Source: Bacteroidia bacterium (GTDB lineage: Bacteria > Bacteroidota > Bacteroidia > AKYH767-A > OLB10). From it: a stretch of 64,000 nucleotides of DNA. The notes under the pieces were generated by a model, which was not told where the DNA came from, made no database searches, and saw only the letters and a list, made by a program, of their open reading frames with translations. Made by a program: the position numbers and the translations under genes. Location: assembly GCA_039931675.1 (NCBI GenBank), contig JBDTRM010000169.1, positions 993 through 64,992 on the forward strand, written 5' to 3'. Below are positions 10,780-19,629 of this stretch, piece after piece; position 1 is the first letter of the stretch; each line of letters starts with the position of its first letter.

Positions 10780-11373
10780 ATGAAAAAGGTATTTATAACT
10801 TTTGTTGCAGTTGTCTTTATTAATTTTTTGTTGATTTATATTTTTGGCAATAGGGCTGAAAGTAAATCGGAAGGGCTAAGAGCAAATAAATCTCTTGCTT
10901 TAATTATTGATTCTTTAAAAATAGATAAAGCGAAGATTTATTTTTTTGTAGATAAATCTGATTATCGTTTAACTGTGATGTCTGATACCATTAGTTTAAA
11001 ATCATTCCCCGTTGTGTTGGGTCCTGATCCTGTAAACGATAAAATAAAACAGGGTGACGGATGCACGCCCGAAGGATGGTTTGTTATTCAGTCGAAGTAT
11101 CCACACCGCAATTGGAATAAATTTATGTGGTTAGATTATCCCAATAAAGATTCGTGGAAAAAGCACAATGAAGCAATTGGAAAAAAGCTGATTGAAAAGA
11201 ATACTGACATTGGAGGTGAGGTGGGCATACATGGTGTACCAGCCGGAACTGACAACATGATTGACATAAAATATAACTGGACAGCAGGCTGCATATCATT
11301 AAAAAATAAAGATGTTGATGAGATTTATCCATTCGTAAAACCGGGAAGCACAAAAGTTTTTATTCAAAAATAA
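10780..11373 (+). CDS. L,D-transpeptidase (YkuD domain) family protein
   Basis: N-terminal TM/signal segment. GIHGVP...NWTAGCISLKNKDVDEIY matches the YkuD H...GC catalytic motif. Start abuts the SDR stop (TAAATG). Confidence 0.85.
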   Translation: MKKVFITFVAVVFINFLLIYIFGNRAESKSEGLRANKSLALIIDSLKIDKAKIYFFVDKSDYRLTVMSDTISLKSFPVVLGPDPVNDKIKQGDGCTPEGWFVIQSKYPHRNWNKFMWLDYPNKDSWKKHNEAIGKKLIEKNTDIGGEVGIHGVPAGTDNMIDIKYNWTAGCISLKNKDVDEIYPFVKPGSTKVFIQK

Positions 11374-11385
11374 CATTTACCATAT

Positions 11386-11919
11386 ATGAAATCGAAAATT
11401 TTAATTGCTGCACTTTGTCTTATTTTTATGGCAGCATGTAAATCTGAAAAGCAAAAGCTTACTGATCGTATCGCAAGCGTTGAAAAGGAGCTTAGGAATG
11501 ATACCACTGGTGTGATGAACTATAAGAAAGCCGCAGAGGTTATTAAGCTGTATGAAGATTTTGCAGCACGTTTTCCAGAGGATAGCATGAGCGCTAAATA
11601 TCTTTTTAATGCCGCTGATGTTTCAGCTCACAGTCACAATGTGTTACATTCGGTAGAGTTGTATAAAAAAGTGATTGAAAAATATCCGCAATCAAAATAT
11701 GTTCCCCAATGCTGGTTCTTCATTGGCTTTTTAAATGAAAATGAATTGAAGAATATTGCCGAAGCTCATAAAGCTTATACTACTTTGCTTGAAAAATTCC
11801 CCAATTACGAACAGAAAGAAACAGTGCAATGGTTACTTAAGAATTTAGGTAAATCAGATGAAGAACTTGTAAAACAATTTGAAGCCAATCAACAGCAGGG
11901 AGATAGTGTTGGTAATTAG
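11386..11919 (+). CDS. TPR-like lipoprotein (YbgF-like)
   Basis: Lipobox LIFMAACKS. Helical repeats including EKYPQSKYVPQCWFFIGF. Confidence 0.7.
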   Translation: MKSKILIAALCLIFMAACKSEKQKLTDRIASVEKELRNDTTGVMNYKKAAEVIKLYEDFAARFPEDSMSAKYLFNAADVSAHSHNVLHSVELYKKVIEKYPQSKYVPQCWFFIGFLNENELKNIAEAHKAYTTLLEKFPNYEQKETVQWLLKNLGKSDEELVKQFEANQQQGDSVGN

Positions 11920-11978
11920 TTTTTTGAGTTAAACAGATTATAAGATATTTACCACCTGCTAATTTTAAATCTTATTTT

Positions 11979-13916
11979 ATGCAAATAAAAAAACAACAAA
12001 ATAAGCCCGTTGCTAAAACATCCCAGGTAAAAAGTTCAGCATCTGTATCAAGGAAAATACCAGGTGATTTATATGATGCAAAATTAGTTCGTATGCTTGG
12101 TTTAATTGTGGCTGCTGTTGGCGCGGTTATCTACCTGCAAACATTAAGCTTTGATTTTGCATTAGATGATTACAGTGCCATAGTAGAAAATCGTCAAACA
12201 AAACAAGGCACTGCTGCCTTTTTCGAAATCTTTAAAAGCAGCTATCGTTTTGGATATACCATCCAGGGCGATGAATTATATCGTCCGTTATCAAAGGCAG
12301 TGTTTGCTGTAATATGGCAGTTTTCACCTGAAAATGCATTTCCCGGGCATTTGCTTAATCTATTATTTTATGCTCTCACCGGATTTTTATTGTTTACCAC
12401 TTTGTGCCGTTATCTTAAAAATAATATTTACGTTCCTTTTATTGCTTCACTGCTTTTTATAGCGCATCCTATACACTCAGAAGTAGTGGCCAATATTAAA
12501 AGTCTTGATGAAATTTTTGCATTCTTCTTCTTCATTCTCTCCTTAAATTTTGTTCATCGTTATCTTGAAGAAAATAAAATGCGGGATATGGTTATAGCCT
12601 GTTGCAGCTTTTTCTTATCACTGCTTTCTAAGGAATCATCCATCACATTCATTTTGATTTTTCCCTTGTTCATTTACTTTTTTACCGACTTCGAATTTTC
12701 AAAAAACATAAAAACATCATTAACAATTTTAATACCTGCTATTATTTTCTTAATAATACGGCAGCAAGTGCTTAAAGGTAATAATGCCGGACCTCCCGCT
12801 GTTGCTGATAATTCATTGATGGAAGTGGCAGGTAACTTTGGAGCGCAACGGGCAACAGCAGTTATGATTATGGGGATGTATTTAAAGCTGCTTGTTTTTC
12901 CACATCCTTTGGTTTTTGATTATTCATTTAATGAGATACCTAATGTAACTTTAAGTGATTGGAAATTCCTGCTGTCATTTGCCATTTATTTAACAGTTGG
13001 AATATATGCTGTTATGACTTTTAAGAAAAAAAATCTTCTTGCATTTGCGGCATTGTATTTTTTCATAACAGCTTCTGTATCATCAAACATTTTGTTAATC
13101 ATCGGTACCAACATGGCCGAACGTTTAATGTATGCACCTTCATTTGGTTTCTGTTTTGCCATTGCAGTATTATTAAATAAGTTTATAAATACCGAAGCAG
13201 TTAAAACAACTGTTAATTCAATCGGGCAATTTTTTGCTGAAAGAAAAATTCTTGTATCACTTGTATCGGTTATTGTTTTGTTATATGCCGGCAAAACCAT
13301 TGCTTACAGTAGCGTGTGGAAAGATAACATGAGTTTATACGAAAGCGGGATAACAGGTTCGCCAAACAGTACGCGTACGCATTTTTATCTCGGCAACGCC
13401 ATTTGCAAACCTGATTATTATGAAAAATTTCCAAAAGCTGAGCAGCATAAAATAATTGCGCGCGGTATTGATGAACTAAAAAAGTCTGCTGAGATATATC
13501 CATCATTTTCAGAACCCTGGGGGCAGCTTGGTGTAATATATTACAAGTTGAAAAATCTTGACAGCGCCATGTATTATTATAACAGGGCACTGCAGGTTGC
13601 TCCTTATATAGCTACCATTCATAATAATGTAGGCACCCTTTATTTTGAGCGGAAAATGTATAATGAAGCTATTACCGCTTTCGCAAAAGCAACACAACTT
13701 GATCCTTCATACTCAGAAGCATGGTGCAACCTCGGAAGCGCTTATGGAACTATGGGACAATTGGATGCTGCCATTCAGAATTTTCTGGAAGCTGTTAAGT
13801 GGGATCCTAATAATGCAATGGCAAATAAATTTCTGGGAATTACTTACCAGAATAAAGGCGATGCGTTAAATGCAAAGATTTATCTTGATAAAGCAGCATC
13901 ATTGGGGATGAAGTAG
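11979..13916 (+). CDS. Polytopic membrane protein with C-terminal TPR repeats (PMT/ArnT-like glycosyltransferase architecture)
   Basis: 645 aa with about 10 hydrophobic segments, followed by 4-5 TPR units (YYNRALQVAPYIATIHNNVGTLY, AITAFAKATQLDPSYSEAWCNLGSAY ...). Confidence 0.8.
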   Translation: MQIKKQQNKPVAKTSQVKSSASVSRKIPGDLYDAKLVRMLGLIVAAVGAVIYLQTLSFDFALDDYSAIVENRQTKQGTAAFFEIFKSSYRFGYTIQGDELYRPLSKAVFAVIWQFSPENAFPGHLLNLLFYALTGFLLFTTLCRYLKNNIYVPFIASLLFIAHPIHSEVVANIKSLDEIFAFFFFILSLNFVHRYLEENKMRDMVIACCSFFLSLLSKESSITFILIFPLFIYFFTDFEFSKNIKTSLTILIPAIIFLIIRQQVLKGNNAGPPAVADNSLMEVAGNFGAQRATAVMIMGMYLKLLVFPHPLVFDYSFNEIPNVTLSDWKFLLSFAIYLTVGIYAVMTFKKKNLLAFAALYFFITASVSSNILLIIGTNMAERLMYAPSFGFCFAIAVLLNKFINTEAVKTTVNSIGQFFAERKILVSLVSVIVLLYAGKTIAYSSVWKDNMSLYESGITGSPNSTRTHFYLGNAICKPDYYEKFPKAEQHKIIARGIDELKKSAEIYPSFSEPWGQLGVIYYKLKNLDSAMYYYNRALQVAPYIATIHNNVGTLYFERKMYNEAITAFAKATQLDPSYSEAWCNLGSAYGTMGQLDAAIQNFLEAVKWDPNNAMANKFLGITYQNKGDALNAKIYLDKAASLGMK

Positions 13917-13929
13917 TTTTTAAAGGCAC

Positions 13930-13966
13930 AAAAAAAAGAGGTTGAAAATTTTCAACCTCTTTTTTC
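13930..13966. terminator. Bidirectional terminator between convergent genes
   Basis: AAAAAAAAGAGGTTGAAA-AT-TTTCAACCTCTTTTTT, with A-run and T-run on either side. Confidence 0.7.
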
Positions 13967-13987
13967 TACATTAAAGAATCAGGAAAA

Positions 13988-15772
13988 TTATCTGTTAATG
14001 TTGATAGTTTGATTAATAATATCATTACCTGATTTTACCTGGATATGATAAAGACCTGTAGGCTGATTGTTTAAATCAAGAACCTGGTTGCCTAAATTAG
14101 TTAAGTTTTTTACCATAATAACTTGTCCAACCTGGTTTGAAACAGTTACGATTGCAGCCTCATTTAACCCGGAAATATTCACAAGACCATTAGAAGGATT
14201 CGGGAAAAACTTTACAGTTGACAAAGCACCGCTGTTGTCATTAATACCTGTTGAAAGATCAACAAGAATATCATCTACACGTAAAGAACTTGTTCCAGTT
14301 GCAGCAGTGCTAACAAAGCGGAAACCGAAATAATAGGTACCGGTAGTTGCAACGGTAAATGAATTGGTGCTGTGCTGATAAGTAGTATCGGCAGGTATTG
14401 GGCATACTACAATGTTTTGAGTTGCGGCAGCTACATTATTTTGATTGCCAATATAAACTTCAAGTCCGCAAGCTGTGGGGATATCAAATTCTTTATACCA
14501 AAAATCCAACAGGTAATTCGTTCCTGCATTTAAGGCAAAGCAAGTAGTAAAAAACCAATTATCATCAGGGCCACCGCTACCAGGTTTGCGAATACAACCT
14601 ACACCAGTATGTGTTAATGCAGTAGGAATATCAAAAGTGGTTCCATCACCGTCAACATCATAAACTGTGAATCCTGAATAATCATCTGTAGGTTCAAATC
14701 CCATATTATAAGGAGCCGCTGAAACGTCAATTGGAGCATAAGAGGCTGTAACACTTGTTGATGAGTCATTGCTACTGTTGCCGTCACCTGTAATTTGTGT
14801 ATATGATTGAATTGAATGTAAGCCACTTGTTGAAAGGTCAGCAGTTTGAGTAAATGTGTAGCTCAAAGTATCGCCACCATTAATTGGACCTGCAACAGTT
14901 TCCATTACGGGAGTTCCACCGTCAACAGAATAAGCAACAGGAATATTGCTTAATACACTGGTACCTACATTCAAAATGCTTACTTCAATTGATTCAGCAG
15001 CACCCAATGCGCAGCTATTGAAAGGCAATGTTAGCCCTATTACGCTGCCATCGGTTGCCGAAGGCTCATATACTTCAATATCATCTAACTCCCAATAATA
15101 TCCCCAATCGCCACGGTATAAAAATTTAAGATAAACTGTAGCCTGGCTTGCTGCTACAGCTGAAATATTCACATCAACATAATGCGGGTTGGTTGTAGCG
15201 GCACCACTTATAAGGCCGGTTTCCACATGATATACATCTGTCCAATTAATGCTGTCATTTGAAACTAACAAGATTCCCTGTGAAGCAGCAGGATCATAGT
15301 GCCTGTAAAAATCCTGGAATCTGATTTTAACAACTGTATTTGTTGAACAATTGATTGCATCTGAAATAAGCTCTGTTTCAGTGGCTCCCGTTCCCTGGCC
15401 ATAAAGATCATCATCCATTATCATGATACCATTTGAAAATGTGGTTGACAGTAGATTATCAGCCCCTGCAGCAGGAGCACTTGGCCCTGAAGGGCCATCT
15501 GTATCATAAGTCCATATCTTACCACCACCAGAGCTATCTGTTATAGCCCAACCCGCAGGCACACCTGTAGCAAAGTCCTGGCTATAAATAGTTGTCATTG
15601 TTGAAGGGTTTCCACCATGTTTATAGGCACTGTTTGTTTTTAAGTCACCTAACTTTGAAATGCTGTAACTTGTAACTGCCTCTCCCTTTGAATTGGTTCT
15701 TTTCGTTTCTGTTTGTGCTGATGCGCCAAAAGTTAGCGCAGCTAAACAGCAAATAATAGTAATTTTTTTCAT
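13988..15772 (-). CDS. T9SS C-terminal-sorted secreted protein with beta-rich adhesin/MAM-like domains
   Basis: 594 aa. Signal peptide MKKITIICCLAALTFGASAQ. C-terminal FFPNPSNGLVNISG...GLYHIQVKSG is typical of a T9SS type A CTD. Confidence 0.85.
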   Translation of the reverse strand: MKKITIICCLAALTFGASAQTETKRTNSKGEAVTSYSISKLGDLKTNSAYKHGGNPSTMTTIYSQDFATGVPAGWAITDSSGGGKIWTYDTDGPSGPSAPAAGADNLLSTTFSNGIMIMDDDLYGQGTGATETELISDAINCSTNTVVKIRFQDFYRHYDPAASQGILLVSNDSINWTDVYHVETGLISGAATTNPHYVDVNISAVAASQATVYLKFLYRGDWGYYWELDDIEVYEPSATDGSVIGLTLPFNSCALGAAESIEVSILNVGTSVLSNIPVAYSVDGGTPVMETVAGPINGGDTLSYTFTQTADLSTSGLHSIQSYTQITGDGNSSNDSSTSVTASYAPIDVSAAPYNMGFEPTDDYSGFTVYDVDGDGTTFDIPTALTHTGVGCIRKPGSGGPDDNWFFTTCFALNAGTNYLLDFWYKEFDIPTACGLEVYIGNQNNVAAATQNIVVCPIPADTTYQHSTNSFTVATTGTYYFGFRFVSTAATGTSSLRVDDILVDLSTGINDNSGALSTVKFFPNPSNGLVNISGLNEAAIVTVSNQVGQVIMVKNLTNLGNQVLDLNNQPTGLYHIQVKSGNDIINQTININR

Positions 15773-15891
15773 CTATTTTGTTTTTAAATTTATTGCGCTA
15801 ATGTAAACAAGAATTTGACTTATCTAAAGCAAATAAGGAATTTTACGATAAAAAATGATAGTTTTTTTTGCTTCATTTATTTTTGCAGGCG

Positions 15892-15925
15892 AAAAAAAAG
15901 GCTGTCCTTTTGAGACAGCCTCTTT
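15892..15925 (-). terminator. Rho-independent terminator of 15945..16607
   Basis: AGGCTGTC/GACAGCCT hairpin. On the minus strand it is followed by TTTTTTTT. Confidence 0.65.
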
Positions 15926-15944
15926 TAATAATTTATATTATGAC

Positions 15945-16607
15945 TTATTGTCGAGTCCATGTTCCAACGCAAGTAGCTGTTGCACCCTGGCTAACATTTT
16001 GATCTGTATAAGTTAAAGTGAAACCGTTTGCAGTTATCTGACCACTTCCTCCAAAAGTATGAGTCTCAGAGGCTGAACCAATTCCAGTTGCTGTTTGTGA
16101 AGGTAAGGTGATTGTTCCATCTGGATCAATAGTTGCGTAGATGCCGGTGTTACCGGAGTAATCAGCAAACTTATTAAATGTAATTTTGTTTGTGCCGGTT
16201 GATCCAACAGTCTGAACATAATCAAAAGTTACTCCGGCACCGCAATCATCGTGAACAGAATAGCTTGCAGCTAACGCGGTGTTCTTTGCAATAACATCAA
16301 CTTCACGTGTTGCATTACCAATGTTTCCTGCTGCGTCTGATACAGAATAATTAATTTCATAGGTTCCCGGCACGTTAGCCTCTAAAGCAGATTTGTCAAC
16401 TAAGACGCTTGATGTTAAATTACCATCTTGATCATCAGCCGCTGAAAAGCCAGGTTCAACATAAGCAGTCCGCATATCTAAACTAAGCGGATTAGAGCCA
16501 GTTAAGGTGATAACCGGGGAGGTGGTATCATCCTTTGTACATCCGCTGAAAAGCAGAATTGATGATGTAAATGCTAACACTGTTAGCGAGAAGAATTGTT
16601 TTTTCAT
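15945..16607 (-). CDS. Lipoprotein with Ig-like DUF5011-type domain
   Basis: Lipobox LFSGCTKD. PVITLTGSNPLSL...YVEPGFSAADDQDGNLTSSV...GTYEINYSVSDAAGNIGNATREVDV matches the DUF5011/HYR-like pattern. Confidence 0.8.
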   Translation of the reverse strand: MKKQFFSLTVLAFTSSILLFSGCTKDDTTSPVITLTGSNPLSLDMRTAYVEPGFSAADDQDGNLTSSVLVDKSALEANVPGTYEINYSVSDAAGNIGNATREVDVIAKNTALAASYSVHDDCGAGVTFDYVQTVGSTGTNKITFNKFADYSGNTGIYATIDPDGTITLPSQTATGIGSASETHTFGGSGQITANGFTLTYTDQNVSQGATATCVGTWTRQ

Positions 16608-16776
16608 TTTATAATTATTTAAGATTTTAATTTTTGCGTGGCAAAGTTAATACCATTTATTAAAGTGCAAATTTTGAGTTCATCAAATATTTAACATTTG
16701 TGTTAAGCAAATTTAAATTTTCATATACATTTGCGCGCTTATAAACTATTAAACAATAATTAAATTAAACTTCAAA

Positions 16777-17106
16777 ATGAAAAGATCAATCTCATTATTA
16801 TTAGTTGCAGGTATGCTTTCATTAGTAGCCTGCGGACCGGGTGAAAAAGAAAAAGCTGCTGAAGCTGCTCGTTTACAGGATTCAATTACACAAGATTCAA
16901 CTATGCGCGCCATGCAGGCTGCTGAGGCAGCACTAAAGGCTACACAGGATTCTTTGGCTATGATTGCACAGGATTCTGTGATGAAGGCTATGCAGGATTC
17001 TATTACTATGTTGACCAAAAAACCGGCTCCAAAACCAGTTAAGGCAAAAACACCTGAAGAGAAGAAGAAGGAAGAGGTGAAGAAGGCTACTCAAGGCAGA
17101 GGTTAA
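16777..17106 (+). CDS. Small lipoprotein with repeated (A)MQDS motifs and Lys/Glu-rich tail
   Basis: 109 aa. Lipobox LSLVACG. An internal QDS periodicity repeats five times. Flanked by a terminator. Confidence 0.65.
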   Translation: MKRSISLLLVAGMLSLVACGPGEKEKAAEAARLQDSITQDSTMRAMQAAEAALKATQDSLAMIAQDSVMKAMQDSITMLTKKPAPKPVKAKTPEEKKKEEVKKATQGRG

Positions 17107-17124
17107 TCATAAATTGTGCATAAA

Positions 17125-17161
17125 TAAAAAATCCCGTTCATAATTGGACGGGATTTTTTAT
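17125..17161. terminator. Bidirectional terminator
   Basis: AAAAAATCCCGT/ACGGGATTTTTT hairpin between convergent genes. Confidence 0.7.
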
Positions 17162-17214
17162 GCTTGTTAATTGTAGAAAAACTACCACAACAATATTCTT
17201 TTGGCAGCAACTTT

Positions 17215-19266
17215 TTACCAGATGCGAGCGCGGTCTGATTCTTTGCGCCACATTTTATCTGTTTCTTTTATATTAAAGGCTTCATAAAATTCGGGCATAT
17301 TGCTTAGCGGTTCGTTGCAGCGTAATTTGCCTGGTGAGTGCGGGTCAACAATTAAACGCCTGCGTAATTCTTCCTCGCGCACATTTTGCCTCCATACAGT
17401 TGCCCATCCTAAAAAGAAACGTTGAGTTGGAGTAAAGCCATCAATTTTTTCATCACTTTGTCCCTGTTTGGTTTTTTTGAATGCTTCATAAGCTATAGTA
17501 ATACCTCCAAGGTCGGCAATGTTTTCGCCTAAAGTTAAACTGCCATTGGCATGCAATGTGTCAACTACAATGCTATTATTAAACTGGTCAACTACTTTTT
17601 GTGCTTTGCCCATAAAGTTAGAACTGTCCTGTGTTGACCACCAGTTTTTCAGATTACCTTCTGCATCATACTGGCGTCCCTGGTCATCAAAACCGTGTGT
17701 CATTTCATGACCTATCACAGCGCCTATACCTCCGTAGTTTACGGCATCATCAGCATCAGCATTAAAGAAAGGCGGTTGCAATATTCCTGCAGGAAATACA
17801 ATTTCATTAAAGCCCGGATTGTAATAAGCATTAACAGTTGGCGGACTCATGCCCCATTCGTTTTTATCTATGGGTCTGCCGATTTTAGCTACCATGCGGT
17901 TGTATTCGAATTGCGAAGCATGCATTATATTACTTGCATAAGACGTACGGTCAATATCAAGTTTTGAATAATCTCTCCATTTATCAGGATAACCAATCTT
18001 CTTAATAAATGCAGCAAGTTTTGCCTGTGCTTTTTCTTTTGTAGGAGCATCCATCCAATCTAATTTTTCAATACGCTCTTTAAGTGCAATGCCAAGGTTA
18101 TTTACCATTTCAAGTGCGCGCGCTTTTGTTTCAGGCGTAAATGCTTTGCTGCAATACAATTCACCCAATGCTTCACCCATAAGGTTATCGGTCATTTCAA
18201 TCACGCGTTTATATCGTGGCTTTATTTGTTTGGTTCCTTTCAGTATCTCTTCATTAAAATGAAATTCTTCCATTACCATTTCATTATTCAAAGCATCAGC
18301 TAACCCGCTTATCACATTCCACTTAAGATAAGTTTTCCAGTCATTAACGCTAACCGTGCCTAACATTTCGTTTACCTTCTGATAAAATTCAGGATGATCA
18401 ACAATAGCGTAATCAGCAGTTTTTACATTTAGCATGTTTAAATACGGTCCCCAATGAATGTTTGGAGTAAGCTGATCTAATTCGGCAATATTCTTTTTGT
18501 TGTAGATGCGATTCGGGTCGCGCATTTCAACGCGTGTAAGCATTGAATTGGCTAAGTTGGTTTCTATTTTCATCACCACATCAGCGTTAGCTTTTGCTTC
18601 TGCCGGGGTACTGCCTGTTAACTCAAATAATTTAGCAATGTGTTTTACGTACTCACTGCGAATGTTTGCGCTGCGTTCATCAGTGTTGCTGTAATAATCA
18701 CGGTCGGGCAATCCTATTCCGCCCTGGCGCAATTGTGGTACTATCACTGAACTGTTTTTATCATCCTGCCCTGCAAAAAATGAAAACATAGGATTAAGAA
18801 ACATGGTTTGATAATAAGCTGTTGTGGTAATAACGCCATTAATATCCTTAATTGCATTGATGCGGTCAAACTCAGGAAGCAAAGGCTTTATACCATCAGC
18901 TTCTAATTTTGCCGAATCCATTCCTGTTGCATAAATATCACCTATCTTCTGCTCATTACTTCCTTTTTTAGCATCTTTATTTGAAGCAGCACTTTCGCAG
19001 ATTTCTTTCAATACTTTCATATTGTTTTCTTTCACTTCGCTGAACGAACCCCAACGCGATTCTGTGGCCGGCACAGGATTATTCTTTAACCAGCTTCCGT
19101 TTACATATTGAAAAAAGTCTTGACCGGGTGTAATTGTGGTGTCGAAGTTTGCAATATCCACACCGGCAGTTTTCATACCGTTTTCTTTTTTTGTACTGCA
19201 TGAAGTGAGGCAATATGTAAATGAAATTACAGTGAGCGCAACTGCCGCATTTATTTTATTTCGCAT
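17215..19266 (-). CDS. M13 family zinc metallopeptidase (PepO / endothelin-converting-enzyme-like)
   Basis: VIGHEMTHGFD zinc motif, ENIADLGG, C-terminal RCNEP...W. Lipoprotein-type start MRNKINAAVALTVISFTYCLTSCS chosen at 19266. Confidence 0.92.
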   Translation of the reverse strand: MRNKINAAVALTVISFTYCLTSCSTKKENGMKTAGVDIANFDTTITPGQDFFQYVNGSWLKNNPVPATESRWGSFSEVKENNMKVLKEICESAASNKDAKKGSNEQKIGDIYATGMDSAKLEADGIKPLLPEFDRINAIKDINGVITTTAYYQTMFLNPMFSFFAGQDDKNSSVIVPQLRQGGIGLPDRDYYSNTDERSANIRSEYVKHIAKLFELTGSTPAEAKANADVVMKIETNLANSMLTRVEMRDPNRIYNKKNIAELDQLTPNIHWGPYLNMLNVKTADYAIVDHPEFYQKVNEMLGTVSVNDWKTYLKWNVISGLADALNNEMVMEEFHFNEEILKGTKQIKPRYKRVIEMTDNLMGEALGELYCSKAFTPETKARALEMVNNLGIALKERIEKLDWMDAPTKEKAQAKLAAFIKKIGYPDKWRDYSKLDIDRTSYASNIMHASQFEYNRMVAKIGRPIDKNEWGMSPPTVNAYYNPGFNEIVFPAGILQPPFFNADADDAVNYGGIGAVIGHEMTHGFDDQGRQYDAEGNLKNWWSTQDSSNFMGKAQKVVDQFNNSIVVDTLHANGSLTLGENIADLGGITIAYEAFKKTKQGQSDEKIDGFTPTQRFFLGWATVWRQNVREEELRRRLIVDPHSPGKLRCNEPLSNMPEFYEAFNIKETDKMWRKESDRARIW

Positions 19267-19366
19267 GATTTTAATGGGGATAATATTGAAATTACTTTTG
19301 AAGCAGCTAAAGTATTTCAAGCTATTCAAAACAGTAGTTAATGGTTGTTAATTAACTGAAAAATTG

Positions 19367-19489
19367 CTATTGGCACTTATCACAGCCATCATGCGTTTTT
19401 TTGTGAGCCATGCTTAAAACAACTTTACGGCTTACAAAAAAAACAGCCGCTATAAAAAGTAGTGCGATAATTATTGTTTGAATATTCAT
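19367..19489 (-). CDS. Possible 40-aa FeoB-associated Cys-rich-type membrane peptide
   Basis: Hand translation: MNIQTIIIALLFIAAVFFVSRKVVLSMAHKKTHDGCDKCQ*. One TM followed by a C-terminal Cys pair, as in that small-protein family. Below the ORF-track size cutoff. Confidence 0.35.
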   Translation of the reverse strand: MNIQTIIIALLFIAAVFFVSRKVVLSMAHKKTHDGCDKCQ

Positions 19490-19515
19490 GATGGCCGCAA
19501 AGTTACATTTATATA

Positions 19516-19582
19516 GCCACGAAGGCACAAAGACACGAGGAAAAAGATAAAATAAAACTTAGTGTCTTCGTGCCTTAGTGGC
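19516..19582. repeat. Imperfect 21-bp inverted repeat (REP-like hairpin)
   Basis: GCCACGAAGGCACAAAGACAC ... GTGTCTTCGTGCCTTAGTGGC pair at 19 of 21 positions. Shares GCCTTAGTRG with the 4022-4123 hairpin. Confidence 0.45.
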
Positions 19583-19629
19583 AAAATTTCAAATTGCAGT
19601 AACTACATTCGCACCATAAAATAATTGAA

